DNA of 63,739 bases, counting the filler, from Octopus bimaculoides (lineage: Eukaryota): NCBI RefSeq assembly GCF_001194135.2. It is 5 parts of 3 records of this genome, joined end to end, with 100 filler letters (N's around TTAATTAATTAA, not from the genome) between each part and the next. Parts side by side here need not be neighbours in the genome. Positions count along the whole stretch, not along the records: positions 33,487 to 50,821 come from NC_069007.1; positions 50,922 to 54,580 come from NC_068981.1; positions 54,681 to 63,739 come from NC_068989.1; 2 more parts are not named here. One strand, 5' to 3'. The translations under genes and the position numbers were made by a program. Under the pieces are notes generated by a model. That model was not told the origin of the DNA and ran no database searches. It saw only the letters and a program-made list of their open reading frames with translations. Shown here one piece after another: positions 48,201-63,544 of this stretch (its first letter is position 1; each line of letters begins with the position of its first letter).

Positions 48201-50821
48201 GTAGAAATATTAGTGAACGTTTCTAGATTTGACCAGTTTGAATTTCTGTTCACTCTGGGTTGCACGTCAATGAATATATTAACAAATGAGTCAAGCAGTT
48301 TATGTAATTCACTAGGGTATACTCTGAGCAAGATTTGGTTTCTAACTCTAGAAATAGAATTGGCCTTGTACAACAAGGAACTGTCACAATGGAATAAGGC
48401 TTTCTTGATTTAACCTGACGGCATTTCTTCTGATTTTAGGTTCTGAGTCGATAACATAAGTACTATTCCAGTACTGAGCTTTATGTAAACTATTCCCCCC
48501 CCCCTTTCGGCGTTACTGGCATCGTTCAAAAACATTGAAACGAATATCAGTTGAAGATTATGTGTAGCAGTAGAAGCTGTCGTCGATGTTATTAAAAGCC
48601 AGTTATATGCAAGACTATTTATATTTTGGCCGACATTCTTGCTGATAATTGGAGACATTTAATATGAAATATATTAGTGTTTTTGTTGATTAGTAATATA
48701 TAGGCCCTAACCGAAAACAAACTTCTGATCTAAAGCATCACAGGTATAACTAAACAGTTGGTTTTCGAAGTAATTGCTAACAGACAATTTAATGAAAATG
48801 ATCAACTTTTAAGAGAGTAGATTGAATATTTATTGCAATATAGATTTCAATATTCGATGCTCAGTTAACAACAGAGAAAGACAATAATGAGGCCCTGGAC
48901 CAGCCTGGAGCTAAAGAACTTGGTTTCTAGGATGAATAGAACAAAGCCTAGAATATTTTTAGCAGATCAAAGAAAATACAGTAGGATCTATTTGAGATGC
49001 AGATGCCAATGTTTGAATTATTCTGAAATGGTTCAAACGTTCTCTTGTGAGAATCATGAAAGTCGAAAACAAAATAAATTTTTAAAATATAGAGGAAATA
49101 AACGTTACTTATTCATTCGATTGAAAATGTACATTAGATGGAACTTGGAATTATAAAATGAAAAAGAAATTATTTAATTTTACGCACACATGTATATCTA
49201 TGCGACCATTCCAAAACCTGACCTTTGGCATACATGCGCACCTGTATGGGAAATGTCTATTTGATGCAGGGTGTAAAGATCCTCGAGTCATGCAGACTCA
49301 TAAGGTCCAGTTTGTCGTTTCCCATAGCGTATATATTCTCAACTGAACGGGACGCCGGCCGGTAAATGGATAACTCAGCCCAGTGGACGGGAGCAATGTG
49401 AAATGAAGGGTTTTGTTCAAGAACACAATGCGTCACACAGTCCAGGAATTGAAACCACAATCATACGAAGCAGAGAGTAAGCTTATATGTAAGTCATTTG
49501 TGTGGTTGTTCAGCAAGAATCTGCAAAACAAAGGGACGCTGTGAAGTCAGCTTAGAAAATCGGGTAAACACCTATTAGAAGAAATGTTTTTAATGTATGG
49601 GGTGCGATCAAGTCTCCAGAGAGAATCGAACGCTGGACCTCTCAGATACCGGATCAGACTCCCCTGCCACCGGATTCTCTCTTTTTACAATGCTAAGTAA
49701 TAACTTTTCAAATATGAGAATATTTTTCAAACAAAATTATTAGCGACGAGCGTGTCGGTGTTCCTCATAAGGACATTGCGAATGCAGGAAGACTGTCAAG
49801 ACATATGAGAAAATTAGGGTAAATAACTCTTAAAACACGGAAACAATAGGCAGTAAGACTACAGAGGGCGTCGAACCCTGCATCACTCGAATTCCGCCAG
49901 AACATATATAATATAATATAATGTAGTGTAATACGATACAACATATCGCACTCACATATATATATATATTTATGATATACATATATATATATATATATAT
50001 ACACACCCGTACATAAATGCACATATTGGTTCGTGTGTGTGATCGTATCTTCTATGTATGTATATATGCATGCATTTACATCAAATGACAGACAGTTTGC
50101 TGTATATATCAACTTTTCTATAAATGGGATGTACGTCATAAACTATATTCTGTAAATATTTTAAAAGAGTATAAAAGTCGTTTTTATTCTTTTTTATTGA
50201 AGTTGGGTTTTTAAGTTTCGGGCCAGTTCATTGTAGCGTATTTTAAAACATATTGATAAAACATAAAACTGTCCGTATAATTAAATATTGTGTACATTCA
50301 CCTTTTAATATCACATTGAAATAATTACATTATAATTAATATAGATAATTAAATACACTAATTCACACGCACGCACATACGTATTATACACACTCACGTG
50401 CACACAAATGTGGTGTGTGTGTGTATAAATATATATGTTATATGTATATATATATATATATGTGTGTGTGTATATATATGTTATATGTATATACATATAT
50501 ATATGCTATGTGTATATATGTTACGTGTATATATACATATATGTTATGTCTATATATATATGTGTGAGTGTATAAAGAGGCATGAAGAGCAGGAGAGCAG
50601 GAAAAAGAGGAATGGGGAGAGACCTCTGCGAGCTTGTTATTAAATATTAGGCTCATGCCATATCCACAACGACTAAGTGATAAACAAACCGCAAACACCT
50701 CAGCCTGTTACTTATTCACAGTTTTAAGTAAACGAGACTCAGGTGAATCACTCCATTTCAAAGAATAATGCGCACGCCCACGTGTGTACGTGTGTGTGTA
50801 TTTTCGTATATATATATATAT

Positions 50822-50921
50822 NNNNNNNNNNNNNNNNNNNNNNNNNNNNNNNNNNNNNNNNNNNNTTAATTAATTAANNNNNNNNNNNNNNNNNNNNNNN
50901 NNNNNNNNNNNNNNNNNNNNN
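50822..50921. other. Artificial scaffold-join spacer
   Basis: Identical 100-bp structure. Confidence 0.92.
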
Positions 50922-50964
<43 letters not shown>

Positions 50965-51048
50965 TTTTTATTATTATTACTACTACTATTATTATAATTA
51001 TTATTATTATCATCATTATTATTATCATTATTATTATTATTATCATTA

Positions 51049-51095
<47 letters not shown>

Positions 51096-51140
51096 ATCAG
51101 CTTTGTTCTATTCTCTTGTGCCGCCAGCAAAAACTCTGCT

Positions 51141-51182
<42 letters not shown>

Positions 51183-52076
51183 GGTATACATACATACAGA
51201 CAGACATACATACATACATACATACATACATACATACATGCATACATACATACATGTATATATGAAAACATACACATGAATATACAAGGTAACGTTCAAT
51301 GCATTTATAACTTTCTTTGTGTGATATTAATTCAATTTAACTATTCTATATTTATATTCTATGTTTATAATTTGTGTTATATATATGGGTGTGTGTGTGT
51401 CTGTGTATGCGTGTGTGTATTTGTATATATGAGTATATATGTATGTATATACATACATATACATGCATACATACACACACCCAAACACACACGTACACAC
51501 ACGTACATTTGATTAAAACATATATATATACATATGTATACATATATATACATATATGTATGTATGTGTGAGTGTATATATATANNNNNNNNNNCACACA
51601 CGTACATTTGATTAAAACATATATATATACATATGTATACATATATATACATATATGTATGTATGTGTGAGTGTATATATATATATATATATATATACAT
51701 ACATACAGGCACACAGACATATGTATACTAATATTTCGTTTAGGCACAGCTTCATTCTGAAGCATATGTATATGTATATACGTACATACAGACATGCGTA
51801 GATGTATGTATATGTCTGTTTTTATTTATATATATATATATAGACATATGTATTTACATGTTTATATGTAAAAGCAGTCATATATACATACACACACATA
51901 TGTATTTACCACTGTTTGGCATAATTTATTGTATATTATGCTTGCACTGAAAAATATATTTGAGGAAGAAAAAAGAAAGAGACAAAAACATTGACAAACA
52001 CAGGAGACAAAAATGAGAAAAATGCATGGAATAACTACGAAAAACCAATGAGTAAGAAATCTATTGTTAAGAGACA

Positions 52077-52128
<52 letters not shown>

Positions 52129-52976
52129 TAAAATATTTCATTTCAATATTATATGCAAACTTATAAAATCAACAACTTATATATACATACATGGACACAT
52201 TCGCACACGCACAGACTCACAGTGTGTATGTTTCTCTTTGTGCCGGGGTGAGGGCTTGTGGAAGATTATGGATATATAATCAGTGCCTCCTCCTCCTGCT
52301 CCTCTTGCGTCTTTCTCGTCATCGTCATCACCATCATTGTGATCAGTTTATCGTCTGCATCGATATCAGTATTGTCACTCTCGCGTCATCGTTACTGTAG
52401 TCTTTTCTTTCTTTTCATCAGTTTTACTTACCTTATCGGCTATCATCATCGTCGTCGCAGTCATCATCATCATCATCATCGTCGTCATCATCATCATCAT
52501 CAGTTAATATATAATATATACCACACAGCCAGGAGTGGCTGTGAAGNNNNNNNNNNNNNNNNNNNNNNNNNNNNNNNNNNNNNNNNNNNNNNNNNNNNNN
52601 NNNNNNNNNNNNNNNNNNNNNNNNNNNNNNNNNNNNNNNNNNNNNNNNNNNNNNNNNNNNNNNNNNNNNNNNNNNNNNNNNNNNNNNNNNNNNNNNNNNN
52701 NNNNNNNNNNNNNNNNNNNNNNNNNNNNNNNNNNNNNNNNNNNNNNNNNNNNNNNNNNNNNNNNNNNNNNNNNNNNNNNNNNNNNNNNNNNNNNNNNNNN
52801 NNNNNNNNNNNNNNNNNNNNNNNNNNNNNNNNNNNNNNNAATAAGTACTAGGCTTACAAAGAATAAGTCCCGGGGTCGATTTGCTCGACTAAAGGTGGTG
52901 CTCCAGCATGGCCGCAGTCAAATGACTGAAACAAGTAAAAGAGTAAAAGAGAGATAAACAAACGGACACAAACAGT

Positions 52977-53102
<126 letters not shown>

Positions 53103-54479
53103 TAAAGAAGGAAAAGAAAATGGAAAAATAAGAAGGCTTCTAACAATGCAGAAAATTTTACAAAAACCTTTATATTTTAGGCGCAAAGGCCCATCCCCGG
53201 AAGGAAACCGTCTGGGAAATTGTCCAGTTACACCGATTCCGTTACCTTAACGGAACAGGTGAAACTGAACATTTCCCAGACTGCTTTTCATTTTTTCTTT
53301 TTGTTCTTCGGTACCACAAGGCTTCCAATATATTTATATTATATATATTACCGTCATCATCATTCTTCGCCTTCTTATTTATCATCATGATCATGATCAT
53401 GAAGATCAGTTCATCAACATGCATACATGTATGTATGCATGTATGTCTGTCTGTATGTAAGCATGCATGTATGTATGTCTTCTNNNNNNNNNNNNNNNNN
53501 NNNNNNNNNNNNNNNNNNNNNNNNNNNNNNNNNNNNNNNNNNNNNNNNNNNNNNNNNNNNNNNNNNNNNNNNNNNNNNNNNNNTCTCCACTCCAACTTCC
53601 ATCTGCTCTCCCATCCTCGCAAGAAAATGTGATAATAGTTTTAGGAGTCGAGTTTCAGCTTCATCAGCTTCTGAGATGGACGGATAGACAACAAGGTGTT
53701 TTTCCCCTACCGTCATCGCAACAGCGACTGGTGGTACAATGGGAACAGCTGATTCTGGAACTTGCTGCTATCACCGCTGCTCGGCTGTGCACACGAGTTT
53801 AATGAGTTACTAGTTCCATTAATCGAAACACTAAATCAATGTTTATCGTCGACTATGACGAAGGGTCTATCAAAATCGCTATAAGCATTTTGTCTGTCTT
53901 CTCCGTCACCATCATCACCATAACCACCACCATCACCACATTTTTTCTGTCATTCCACCATCGCCTCCATGGAAAACATGATTAAAAAGAAAGTTGAACT
54001 ACGAATATGTTCTTAGTATCAAACATATGTGTTATAAAGTTTGGTATTCACTTGACTGGCATTGTGTTGTTAGTAAAAAGCTGACATATAAATCATTAGA
54101 TGAATGAATAGCTAACCTCAATATTTTCCCTCCAAGCTTTCAAACATGACAGCCAGGAATAAGATTAGAAATAAACATTTATGACTGTGACTGTGCAGCC
54201 TGACTAGTGATAAGATATATTTTTTAATGATTTTATCGTATAAAGAAAGGAAGGATAAGTAAATAAATACACATATAGATAAGTATATAAATGTAGGCAG
54301 AAAGAAAACAGAAAATGGAGGTGGAGGAGGAGAAGGTGGCGGAGGGAAGGAGGAGAATGTGGAGGAAGAAGACAGGAAGAAATAATACCACTACTACTAC
54401 AACTAATTATTATTGTTGTTGTTCTTCCTTTTCCTATTATTTTATCATCATCATCATCATCATCATCATCATTATTATT

Positions 54480-54580
54480 AAAATCAAACTGCGTGGAGGA
54501 CTGGGCGTGCCGTTGTTAAAGATCTGCAGATATGCGCGAAAGCTTTTCCTATATGGTAAACCGTTTGCTAGACGCACTTT
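54480..54580 (+). mobile_element. Possible Tx1/L1-like ORF2 fragment
   Basis: KLRGGLGVPLLKICRYARKL contains the GGLGxP motif found after the RT in L1/Tx1 elements; short and truncated by the spacer. Confidence 0.35.
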
Positions 54581-54680
54581 NNNNNNNNNNNNNNNNNNNN
54601 NNNNNNNNNNNNNNNNNNNNNNNNTTAATTAATTAANNNNNNNNNNNNNNNNNNNNNNNNNNNNNNNNNNNNNNNNNNNN
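54581..54680. other. Artificial scaffold-join spacer
   Basis: Identical 100-bp structure. Confidence 0.92.
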
Positions 54681-54818
54681 CCTGGGGTCGATTTGTTCGA
54701 CTATAGATGATGCTCGAATATGGCCGCAGTCAAATGACTGAAACAAATAAATGATAAATGAATTTTCTAACATACCATATTTATGAATAACAATATAGAC
54801 CGTGTAAGATATCTTTAA

Positions 54819-54858
<40 letters not shown>

Positions 54859-55496
54859 GTATGTGTTTTGTCTCGCTATAAGAACATAAGCCGCCGGCAA
54901 ACCACGCGAATTTTGGCAGTTAACAATATGGACACCATGTTTTGCTTTTCTTGAGTCTCACCAGGTACCACCAAGCCATTTCGATTTGAAGTCATCCATT
55001 TCTCTTAACTTTCTCCTCGGACCTTTTCTCTCTCCCTCTCCTTATCTACTCTTCTCTCCTCCAGTACCTCTTACCTACCTCTATATATTTCTCTGTCCTC
55101 TATGTCGTATTCTGTCTCTGTCTTTATCTCTCTCTCTCCCTCTCCCTCTCTCTCCCCCTCTCTCTCACTCTCACTCTCTCTCTCTCTTTCTCACAATATC
55201 TCGCACTCGCAGATTATGCTTTACATTTTCTTGAATATGGCACAACTTTGTCTTCAGTAAAATGAGAGCCTTCATTTTCTTGGAAATCCCGAATTGCTGT
55301 AGCAATCTCATTGTGTTATCGGAGCAGAACATTTTATTCTACATTGCTTCAGTTCCGCTATGTATCGCTGAGAAAAAGGTGCCACTAGATTATTATCCTA
55401 TCAAGGTGGTGGAGATATTTAACTTTCATCCACATTTTATGCAATAAAACCACAACGAAATTGTTTTGTTTAATCCATTGCGAAGTTAGGAGGCGC

Positions 55497-55554
<58 letters not shown>

Positions 55555-57626
55555 TCTCACATACACACTCACACACATGTATATATGTGTGGGTATGAGT
55601 GCAGGTGTGTATGAGTATATGTGCAAAGTGTAGGCAGGGATTAGTGCCACTAAGAAAATACGAATTTCGACTGTTTTTTCCTGATACTTTATCAATTCAG
55701 ACGTGCAGTGCCTAATCAAACAAAATCAATATTTACTTAATTCACCATGCAGTTTTGATCATCGTATTATATGGCGTATTATATGGCCATATTATTTAGT
55801 TGTCCGTTGTAAATTTTGTTGCTAGTTCTTGATAATCATTATGCAATTTTTGTCGTTGGTTACATTGTTGTTTCTGTTTAGGTATAATACGTTAGTATTT
55901 ATTCTTGAGTTTACGTTTGATTACTTGTCAAGGCTTCTAAATTCTATGTAAACATGGGAAATATATTTCATATGCCAAACATCGAATAACGTAAATAAGC
56001 ATATCATTGTTTTGTTATGCTTGTGTGTTGCTAGTGAAATGAAGTTACCAGAAAGGATAGAGGACCGGACAAATGTCTTTTATTAGTTCCACTCCTTTAT
56101 ATTCTGAGTTGATGTAAAGGGCTTCGTCAATCAATGTTGATTGTGAATCTGCACAGTATACGCAGGCCTACGAAAGATTTCTTTATTTTTCCTGGTTTTT
56201 GTTGTTGTTTTTTTTCTTGCTTTTTTTTTTGCTTTTGTGTTTGAAAAGAACTAGCAATTACCTTCACATTGAAGTATTTCTACACCACACCCCGATGTTT
56301 AACCAAAGGAAAGGTCACTAGCTTGGGCCGATACAGTTTGGTATCAGTGTCCAATGTCGTCGCAGACGCTACTGTTAGAACGCAAAGAACTTGAATAGAC
56401 ACTGCAACAGGATCATTTTAAAGCATAGGCACATTGGGCTGCTGCCCATAGACAGCACAGGTGTAAGGGCCCAATTATGATTTATGTATGCATTTTCTTG
56501 TTAATAAATAAATACTACAGGGCCCAGTGCTTTCATTTGACTGAGAACCCATAATTGTGCCAAGGCGGCTTTGCACCATAATGAATCTTGCTCAGCTCTT
56601 TGGCAGTTCTTACAATCCACCGCGCGGGATTGGTAGTGTTTTATCGACCACAAAATAATGAAAAGTAAAGCTGACATCAATTACAGCAAGATTTTCTGTC
56701 AAATGCTATAATGGTTCTATTATCAGTCGCCTTCATATCTCATCTAATATGAATTGTACTTCTCATCTTTTCTGGGTTGATTAAACCAGTACAAGTCAAA
56801 GACTTGAGCCCAGTAAATCGAATACGCCCTCATCAAAAATCCTGAATCGTACTAATGTTATGCAAAACATATTTTATGGATGGAAAGTATGATGGTTTAG
56901 TGTTCATGTCTTTTTTCGAAGACGTTATGTGAGCCATATAAATGAAAGTGACTTGAAAAGAGATTAAAACCGAGTTTCGTTCTCACTTTGGGAAGATATT
57001 TTTTTTCTTGCTAACTACCTTACAACATAAACGCGTATAAGTAGCTGTACGTGTTTAGGCCGTAGTCTTATGATGGTGGCTTTTATAGAAACATTGATGC
57101 TATTTATTATAGTACAGCACCACATTCTTTGGTACGAACAATAGCATATGATGTAGTACGGTAGAGTGAGAACTGTTGGATTTTACTAGATGTAACAAAG
57201 TTACACACTGCAGTGAGATATACTGCAATGTGCTTGTCATTACACAGATGGAGTAATGCAATGAATGGTACAGGTGAAAAGGAACGAAACCACTTATATT
57301 CACGGTCATGTTTTATTTGTTAAGAGGCTTGTTGTTCTGAGATGTGAAGATTTTGAAACGTGGTCTTCAGTTTAAAGAATAACAGTAACTTTTTCTTCAT
57401 ATAAATATAGTTTGAAAGCTGCTGCATTAAGCAATGATGATTATTGACTAATATAGACTATGCGATTAATTCTTTTTCATATACACTAATTCGATACGAC
57501 GACTGTCCTATCGTAGAGTGATGACTTGAAATATCGAGGTCTTGACGGCAAAAAAATCGGTTTTATTTTCTAGTGCATGCACACATATGTACATACGTAA
57601 ATACATACATACTCACATATATGCGT

Positions 57627-57663
<37 letters not shown>

Positions 57664-57799
57664 AAGACGGACGGACGGACGGAAGGACGGACGAACAGAC
57701 TGACAGACAGAAATGTAACTATATGTATGAGAATGTGTACATAAATCAAAACATACAAACCTGCACATGCACTGACTCCAAATACTGTGATATGGTGCA

Positions 57800-58390
57800 G
57801 CGACGTGGGGGATGTGAGAGGCGGAAAGGAGTCGACTAGCTGCGTTTGAGATGAGATGTTTGAGGGCTATGGTTGATGTGACACAGAAGGACAGGATGAG
57901 GGATGAGGAGGTGCGAAGGCGAACAGGAATGAGAGAAAACTAACAACCAAAATGAATAGACGAATGTTGAGGTGGTTTGGGACAGGGAGAGGATGGATGA
58001 GGAGCGGATGGCAAAGAGGGTGCTGAAGGCAGAAATGGTAAGCAGTAGAACCAGAGACAGACTTCAGATTGTGTGGATGGATGGATGGATGGAGTGAGGA
58101 AAGCTTTGGTGGTTAGAGGTGTTGGAGGGAGACAGGCAAGGGACAAGAAAGCATGGAGAGTGTTTGTGGACGGATGAATGAATTTGATGTTGCTCAAAGG
58201 GGTAGGAAAGCAGCATGATGCGGCGGGGGTAGGCCAGCATATGCTGTCGGGCCCTGCTGCTGATATTGACGGTTGCGTTCTATGCCTTGACCCGAGCATA
58301 GGACGGGGATTGCCTCTTTTGGCTGGAAAATGAATGGAATGCCTGGTGTGTGTCTTGTTGTGGCTACCCCGAAACATATGTCGGAATAAA
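57800..58390 (+). mobile_element. RTE-clade LINE 3' fragment
   Basis: Frameshifted AAFEMRCLRAMVDVTQKDRMRDEEVRRRTG..MLRWFG..RMDEERMAKRV..ARDKKAWR, typical of the RTE C-terminus, followed by a GC-richer 3' UTR. Confidence 0.8.
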
Positions 58391-58428
58391 AGTATGCAGT
58401 TATAATATGCGTTTACACCATTCTTTAA

Positions 58429-58467
<39 letters not shown>

Positions 58468-59913
58468 CGAAGTATTCNNNNNNNNNNNNNNNNNNNNNNN
58501 NNNNNNNNNNNNNNNNNNNNNNNNNNNNNNNNNNNNNNNNNNNNNNNNNNNNNNNNNNNNNNNNNNNNNNNNNNNNNNNNNNNNNNNNNNNNNNNNNNNN
58601 NNNNNNNNNNNNNNNNNNNNNNNNNNNNNNNNNNNNNNNNNNNNNNNNNNNNNNNNNNNNNNNNNNNNNNNNNNNNNNNNNNNNNNNNNNNNNNNNNNNN
58701 NNNNNNNNNNNNNNNNNNNNNNNNNNNNNNNNNNNNNNNNNNNNNNNNNNNNNNNNNNNNNNNNNNNNNNNNNNNNNNNNNNNNNNNNNNNNNNNNNNNN
58801 NNNNNNNNNNNNNNNNNNNNNNNNNNNNNNNNNNNNNNNNNNNNNNNNNNNNNNNNNNNNNNNNNNNNNNNNNNNNNNNNNNNNNNNNNNNNNNNNNNNN
58901 NNNNNNNNNNNNNNNNNNNNNNNNNNNNNNNNNNNNNNNNNNNNNNNNNNNNNNNNNNNNNNNNNNNNNNNNNNNNNNNNNNNNNNNNNNNNNNNNNNNN
59001 NNNNNNNNNNNNNNNNNNNNNNNNNNNNNNNNNNNNNNNNNNNNNNNNNNNNNNNNNNNNNNNNNNNNNNNNNNNNNNNNNNNNNNNNNNNNNNNNNNNN
59101 NNNNNNNNNNNNNNNNNNNNNNNNNNNNNNNNNNNNNNNNNNNNNNNNNNNNNNNNNNNNNNNNNNNNNNNNNNNNNNNNNNNNNNNNNNNNNNNNNNNN
59201 NNNNNNNNNNNNNNNNNNNNNNNNNNNNNNNNNNNNNNNNNNNNNNNNNNNNNNNNNNNNNNNNNNNNNNNNNNNNNNNNNNNNNNNNNNNNNNNNNNNN
59301 NNNNNNNNNNNNNNNNNNNNNNNNNNNNNNNNNNNNNNNNTATATATATATACACTAGCAGTGATACCCGGCGTTACCCCCGAATTAAAATGCCATAGAT
59401 ATTTATTGTTTTACTTGCTACGGTCATGTAACATCCGCCATGCCGGAGCACCACCTTTAGTCGAAGTTGTTGACAACAGGATTTATTATTTGTATGCATA
59501 GTACCTAATCTATCGATGTGTTTTGCAAACGGCTAAGTTATGGGGACGTAAACACAGCAACGTCGGTAGTCAAGTAAAGGTGGGGGTACAAACACAGACA
59601 CACAAACACACACACATGCATATATGTATATATATATATACATATATATGCATACATATATACATAAAAATATATATACATTCATACATATGTGCATGTT
59701 TATGCATATGTATGTATATATATATATATACATATATATACATATATATACATATATATACATATATTTACATGGATATGTGAATATATATATATGCAAG
59801 TATATGTACACAAGTATATATATGTTTATACATGTATATATATGTGTGTACATATATATTCATGTATATGTATACATATATATTCATAAATATATATGTA
59901 TTCATGTATGGAT

Positions 59914-59973
<60 letters not shown>

Positions 59974-60046
59974 GTCTATAAATACATATATATAAACAAT
60001 ATATATGCATGTATATATACTTATAGACATACGTATATATACATAT

Positions 60047-60258
60047 ACTCTTTTACTTGTTTCAGTCATTTGACTGCGGCCATGCTGGAGGACCGCCTTT
60101 AATCGATTAAAATCGACCCCAGGACTTATTCTTTGTAAGCCTAGTACTTATTCTATCGCTCTCTTTTTGCCGAACCGCTAAGATACGGGAACGTAAACAC
60201 ACCAGCATCGGTTGTCAAGCGATGGTGGGTGGACAAACACAGACACACAAACACACAT
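60047..60258 (+). repeat. Dispersed interspersed repeat (TTTCAGTCATTTGACTGCGGCCATGCTGGAG family); related copies at about 59405-59605 (+) and 400-500, 9500-9735, 45285-45510, 52840-52960, 54681-54750 (-)
   Basis: Shared TCGACCCCAGGACTTATTCTTTGTAAGCCTAGTACTTAT and GCTAAG.TA.GGG.ACGTAAACAC segments. Confidence 0.7.
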
Positions 60259-60760
60259 ACATATATATATGGGCGCCTTTATTATTATTTCTATACATGA
60301 GATTGCATTTTTGAAGTAGTACACTTATTCCAAGAACAGATACTCAAATTTAATGTATCTTCCATGAAAAGTAGATGTATTTGCACTTTCAAAGGGGCTC
60401 TGTCCGGTGTCATAAACCCCATTAGAGGGTTAAATAATATTGTAAATGGTGACATTTTCGAAATCGTCTTTATTTGGTACCTAGTAGTTACATTGTTATT
60501 TTCATTGAAATCAGAGGTATTTGAAATTTCACAGGGGTTGTTTGTCCCGCTTTAAGTCCCCCAATCGCAATGAAAAGTAAATTTTATGTAGCTCATCATC
60601 TTATTCGTAAACTTTTACATGAGAACACATACTTCGTTTTTACGTATCTTCTATACATAAATATATCTATACATATATATATATATAATATATATATATA
60701 TTTATACATATGTATATTATAAATATATAAATTAATATATATATATACATATATATTTTT

Positions 60761-60805
<45 letters not shown>

Positions 60806-61403
60806 NNNNNNNNNNNNNNNNNNNNNNNNNNNNNNNNNNNNNNNNNNNNNNNNNNNNNNNNNNNNNNNNNNNNNNNNNNNNNNNNNNNNNNNNNNNNNNN
60901 NNNNNNNNNNNNNNNNNNNNNNNNNNNNNNNNNNNNNNNNNNNNNNNNNNNNNNNNNNNNNNNNNNNNNNNNNNNNNNNNNNNNNNNNNNNNNNNNNNNN
61001 NNNNNNNNNNNNNNNNNNNNNNNNNNNNNNNNNNNNNNNNNNNNNNNNNNNNNNNNNNNNNNNNNNNNNNNNNNNNNNNNNNNNNNNNNNNNNNNNNNNN
61101 NNNNNNNNNNNNNNNNNNNNNNNNNNNNNNNNNNNNNNNNNNNNNNNNNNNNNNNNNNNNNNNNNNNNNNNNNNNNNNNNNNNNNNNNNNNNNNNNNNNN
61201 NNNNNNNNNNNNNNNNNNNNNNNNNNNNNNNNNNNNNNNNNNNNNNNNNNNNNNNNNNNNNNNNNNNNNNNNNNNNNNNNNNNNNNNNNNNNNNNNNNNN
61301 NNNNNNNNNNNNNNNNNNNNNNNNNNNNNNNNNNNNNNNNNNNNNNNNNNNNNNNNNNNNNNNNNNNNNNNNNNNNNNNNATATATATATATATACAAAC
61401 ATG

Positions 61404-61435
<32 letters not shown>

Positions 61436-61438
61436 CAA

Positions 61439-61491
<53 letters not shown>

Positions 61492-61814
61492 GTACTGTTC
61501 CGTGGTGGTGAGATCAACAAAAGTAATGCGTCTGGTGAGAGATAAATATTGTTTAATCGACACAGTACATGTTTTTAATGTGCTACTATAAAAACAGTAC
61601 TTATTTTTATGTTTCGTATGTTGAGAAATACCTCAAAGATATTCATCAGGCACTATTCACATATCATAACGAACTAGAAATTGTATGAGAGAAGAAACAC
61701 GTCAAGTTGAGAAGGAAGTATATAGAAAGCGTGTACTGTTCAGCAATGGTAAGATCAACAAAAAGCCTACTCCATTTGATGTGAGATATATTGCGTTTAT
61801 TAAATTAGATATAC

Positions 61815-61869
<55 letters not shown>

Positions 61870-62466
61870 CACACAGAGAGGACGACAGTCAGACAAACAG
61901 TCAGAGACATGAGGGGTGACAGACATTGCAAAGAGTAAGCATAAACGAGTGCAAGTGTCTGGATAAAAGTTTGCATGAGTGTTTTAGCAAAAGCCTTGCT
62001 CGCTTAATTTATTATTTTAATTGGTCCATGGAAAATATATTATACACGAACAAAATATGTAATGCTAAAATATATAATTTTTTTTAAATATATATCAGCA
62101 TATTTGAGAAAGTGGAAATATGGCAGATGTTTTAGCAACTTATAATCAAAACTATTGTGCTATCTAAAAGGTTTTACATCCAATTGCCTTATATATCATT
62201 TGTAGAATGCATTTTGTACTTTTCACTTTTATTATAAACTACATTGTAGATAATAAAACGTGCACTGTACACAGTAACACAGTAACACAGAAAAAATGTA
62301 CTTTACACAGGAACTATTGTACAGTAGAGTGTACCATGTAGTTTAAATTGCACGAAACTGACCAAACCAATAATATAGCTGGGTTTTCCGAAAACCTTAT
62401 ATTATATTCGGGAAGCGCATCTCCGCTTGTCTGTCCAACGCAACATCTATTAGAAAGAAAGAACGA

Positions 62467-62498
<32 letters not shown>

Positions 62499-62653
62499 AG
62501 GGGAGGAATCTAATTATACGTCTCAACGTATTTTTAGGAGAGGAGAAAAAGTTTTATTGAGTGAGAAATACAGTAAGAGAGGGTGAGATAGTGTGTGNNN
62601 NNNNNNNNNNNNNNNNNNNNNNNNNNNNNNNNNNNNNNNNNNNNNNNNNNNNN

Positions 62654-62712
<59 letters not shown>

Positions 62713-63544
62713 TGCACATGTGCGTCTGCACGTGTTTGTATGTGTATGCACATGTGCGTCTGTATGTGTGTGTGTGTGTGTTTGTATGTGTATGTGTGTA
62801 AAAGACTGTTGTTATAGTAACTAGCAAACTTGGTTAAAAACGTGAGAACTTTGAATGTAAGTTTGTCAACACAACACATATCCAAAAGGGCTATATGTGT
62901 ATATATTATATATATATAGTAATTATTTTTGGTTGTTTGCGAATGTGTGTTTCTGTGTCTTTCACTACATAGACAACGCAACACAGACTTTAAAAAAAAT
63001 CTTTCACTTTGAACAATTTATAAAGATATGTGAATGATGAACAGATATTTTTACCGGTAGCATAGCGACGGATTTCTACCTAGTATGAAGAAAAACTTAG
63101 TTATCATCCTTTACGTATAATGATACTGGCCTCTTGTATTGACGTTTTCCGATGTAGTTTTGGTTACCTGTTAAAACATTTATCGTATATAGCTTCACAG
63201 ATTTTTCTGTCTGATTCAGATGATTCAAGCTTCTCACACCGTTATCATATTCACATTTCTCTGAAGTTGTGCTATCGGGACTGAAGGTTATGTTCTCAGT
63301 AAGGTATCAGGACCTAGAGTGTTTTTAATATGGCGTATCTCATGAGCAATATCTTTTTATATATCCTGATAGAAGTCAGGATACGGTTTTTGCTTAACAT
63401 ACGAGCTTCAAAAGCAAGTAAGGAAGGCCGTCCGAAGAATGATCATAGTGTTTCGCCAGAAGGGTGGCTCACTGAAATCATGTGACAGTGCTCAGTAAAC
63501 TCAATAATAATAATAATAATAATAATGATAATAATAATAATAAT

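Noticed and set aside
48143-48658. Two in-frame minus-strand ORFs separated by one stop (about 170 codons)
   Set aside because: No recognisable motif or convincing splice boundaries; may be decayed transposon or chance in AT-rich DNA.
51496-51683. Apparent 89-bp tandem duplication
   Set aside because: Identical copies directly flank a 10-N gap, which is typical of an unmerged contig overlap.
53584-53802. Complex sequence with open frames on both strands after a gap
   Set aside because: Short, gap-truncated, with no recognisable homology; strand and frame cannot be chosen.
59353-59395. ACTAGCAGTGATACCCGGCGTTACCC resembling a Helitron/Helentron-type terminus
   Set aside because: Only about 30 bp next to a gap, with no matching other end.
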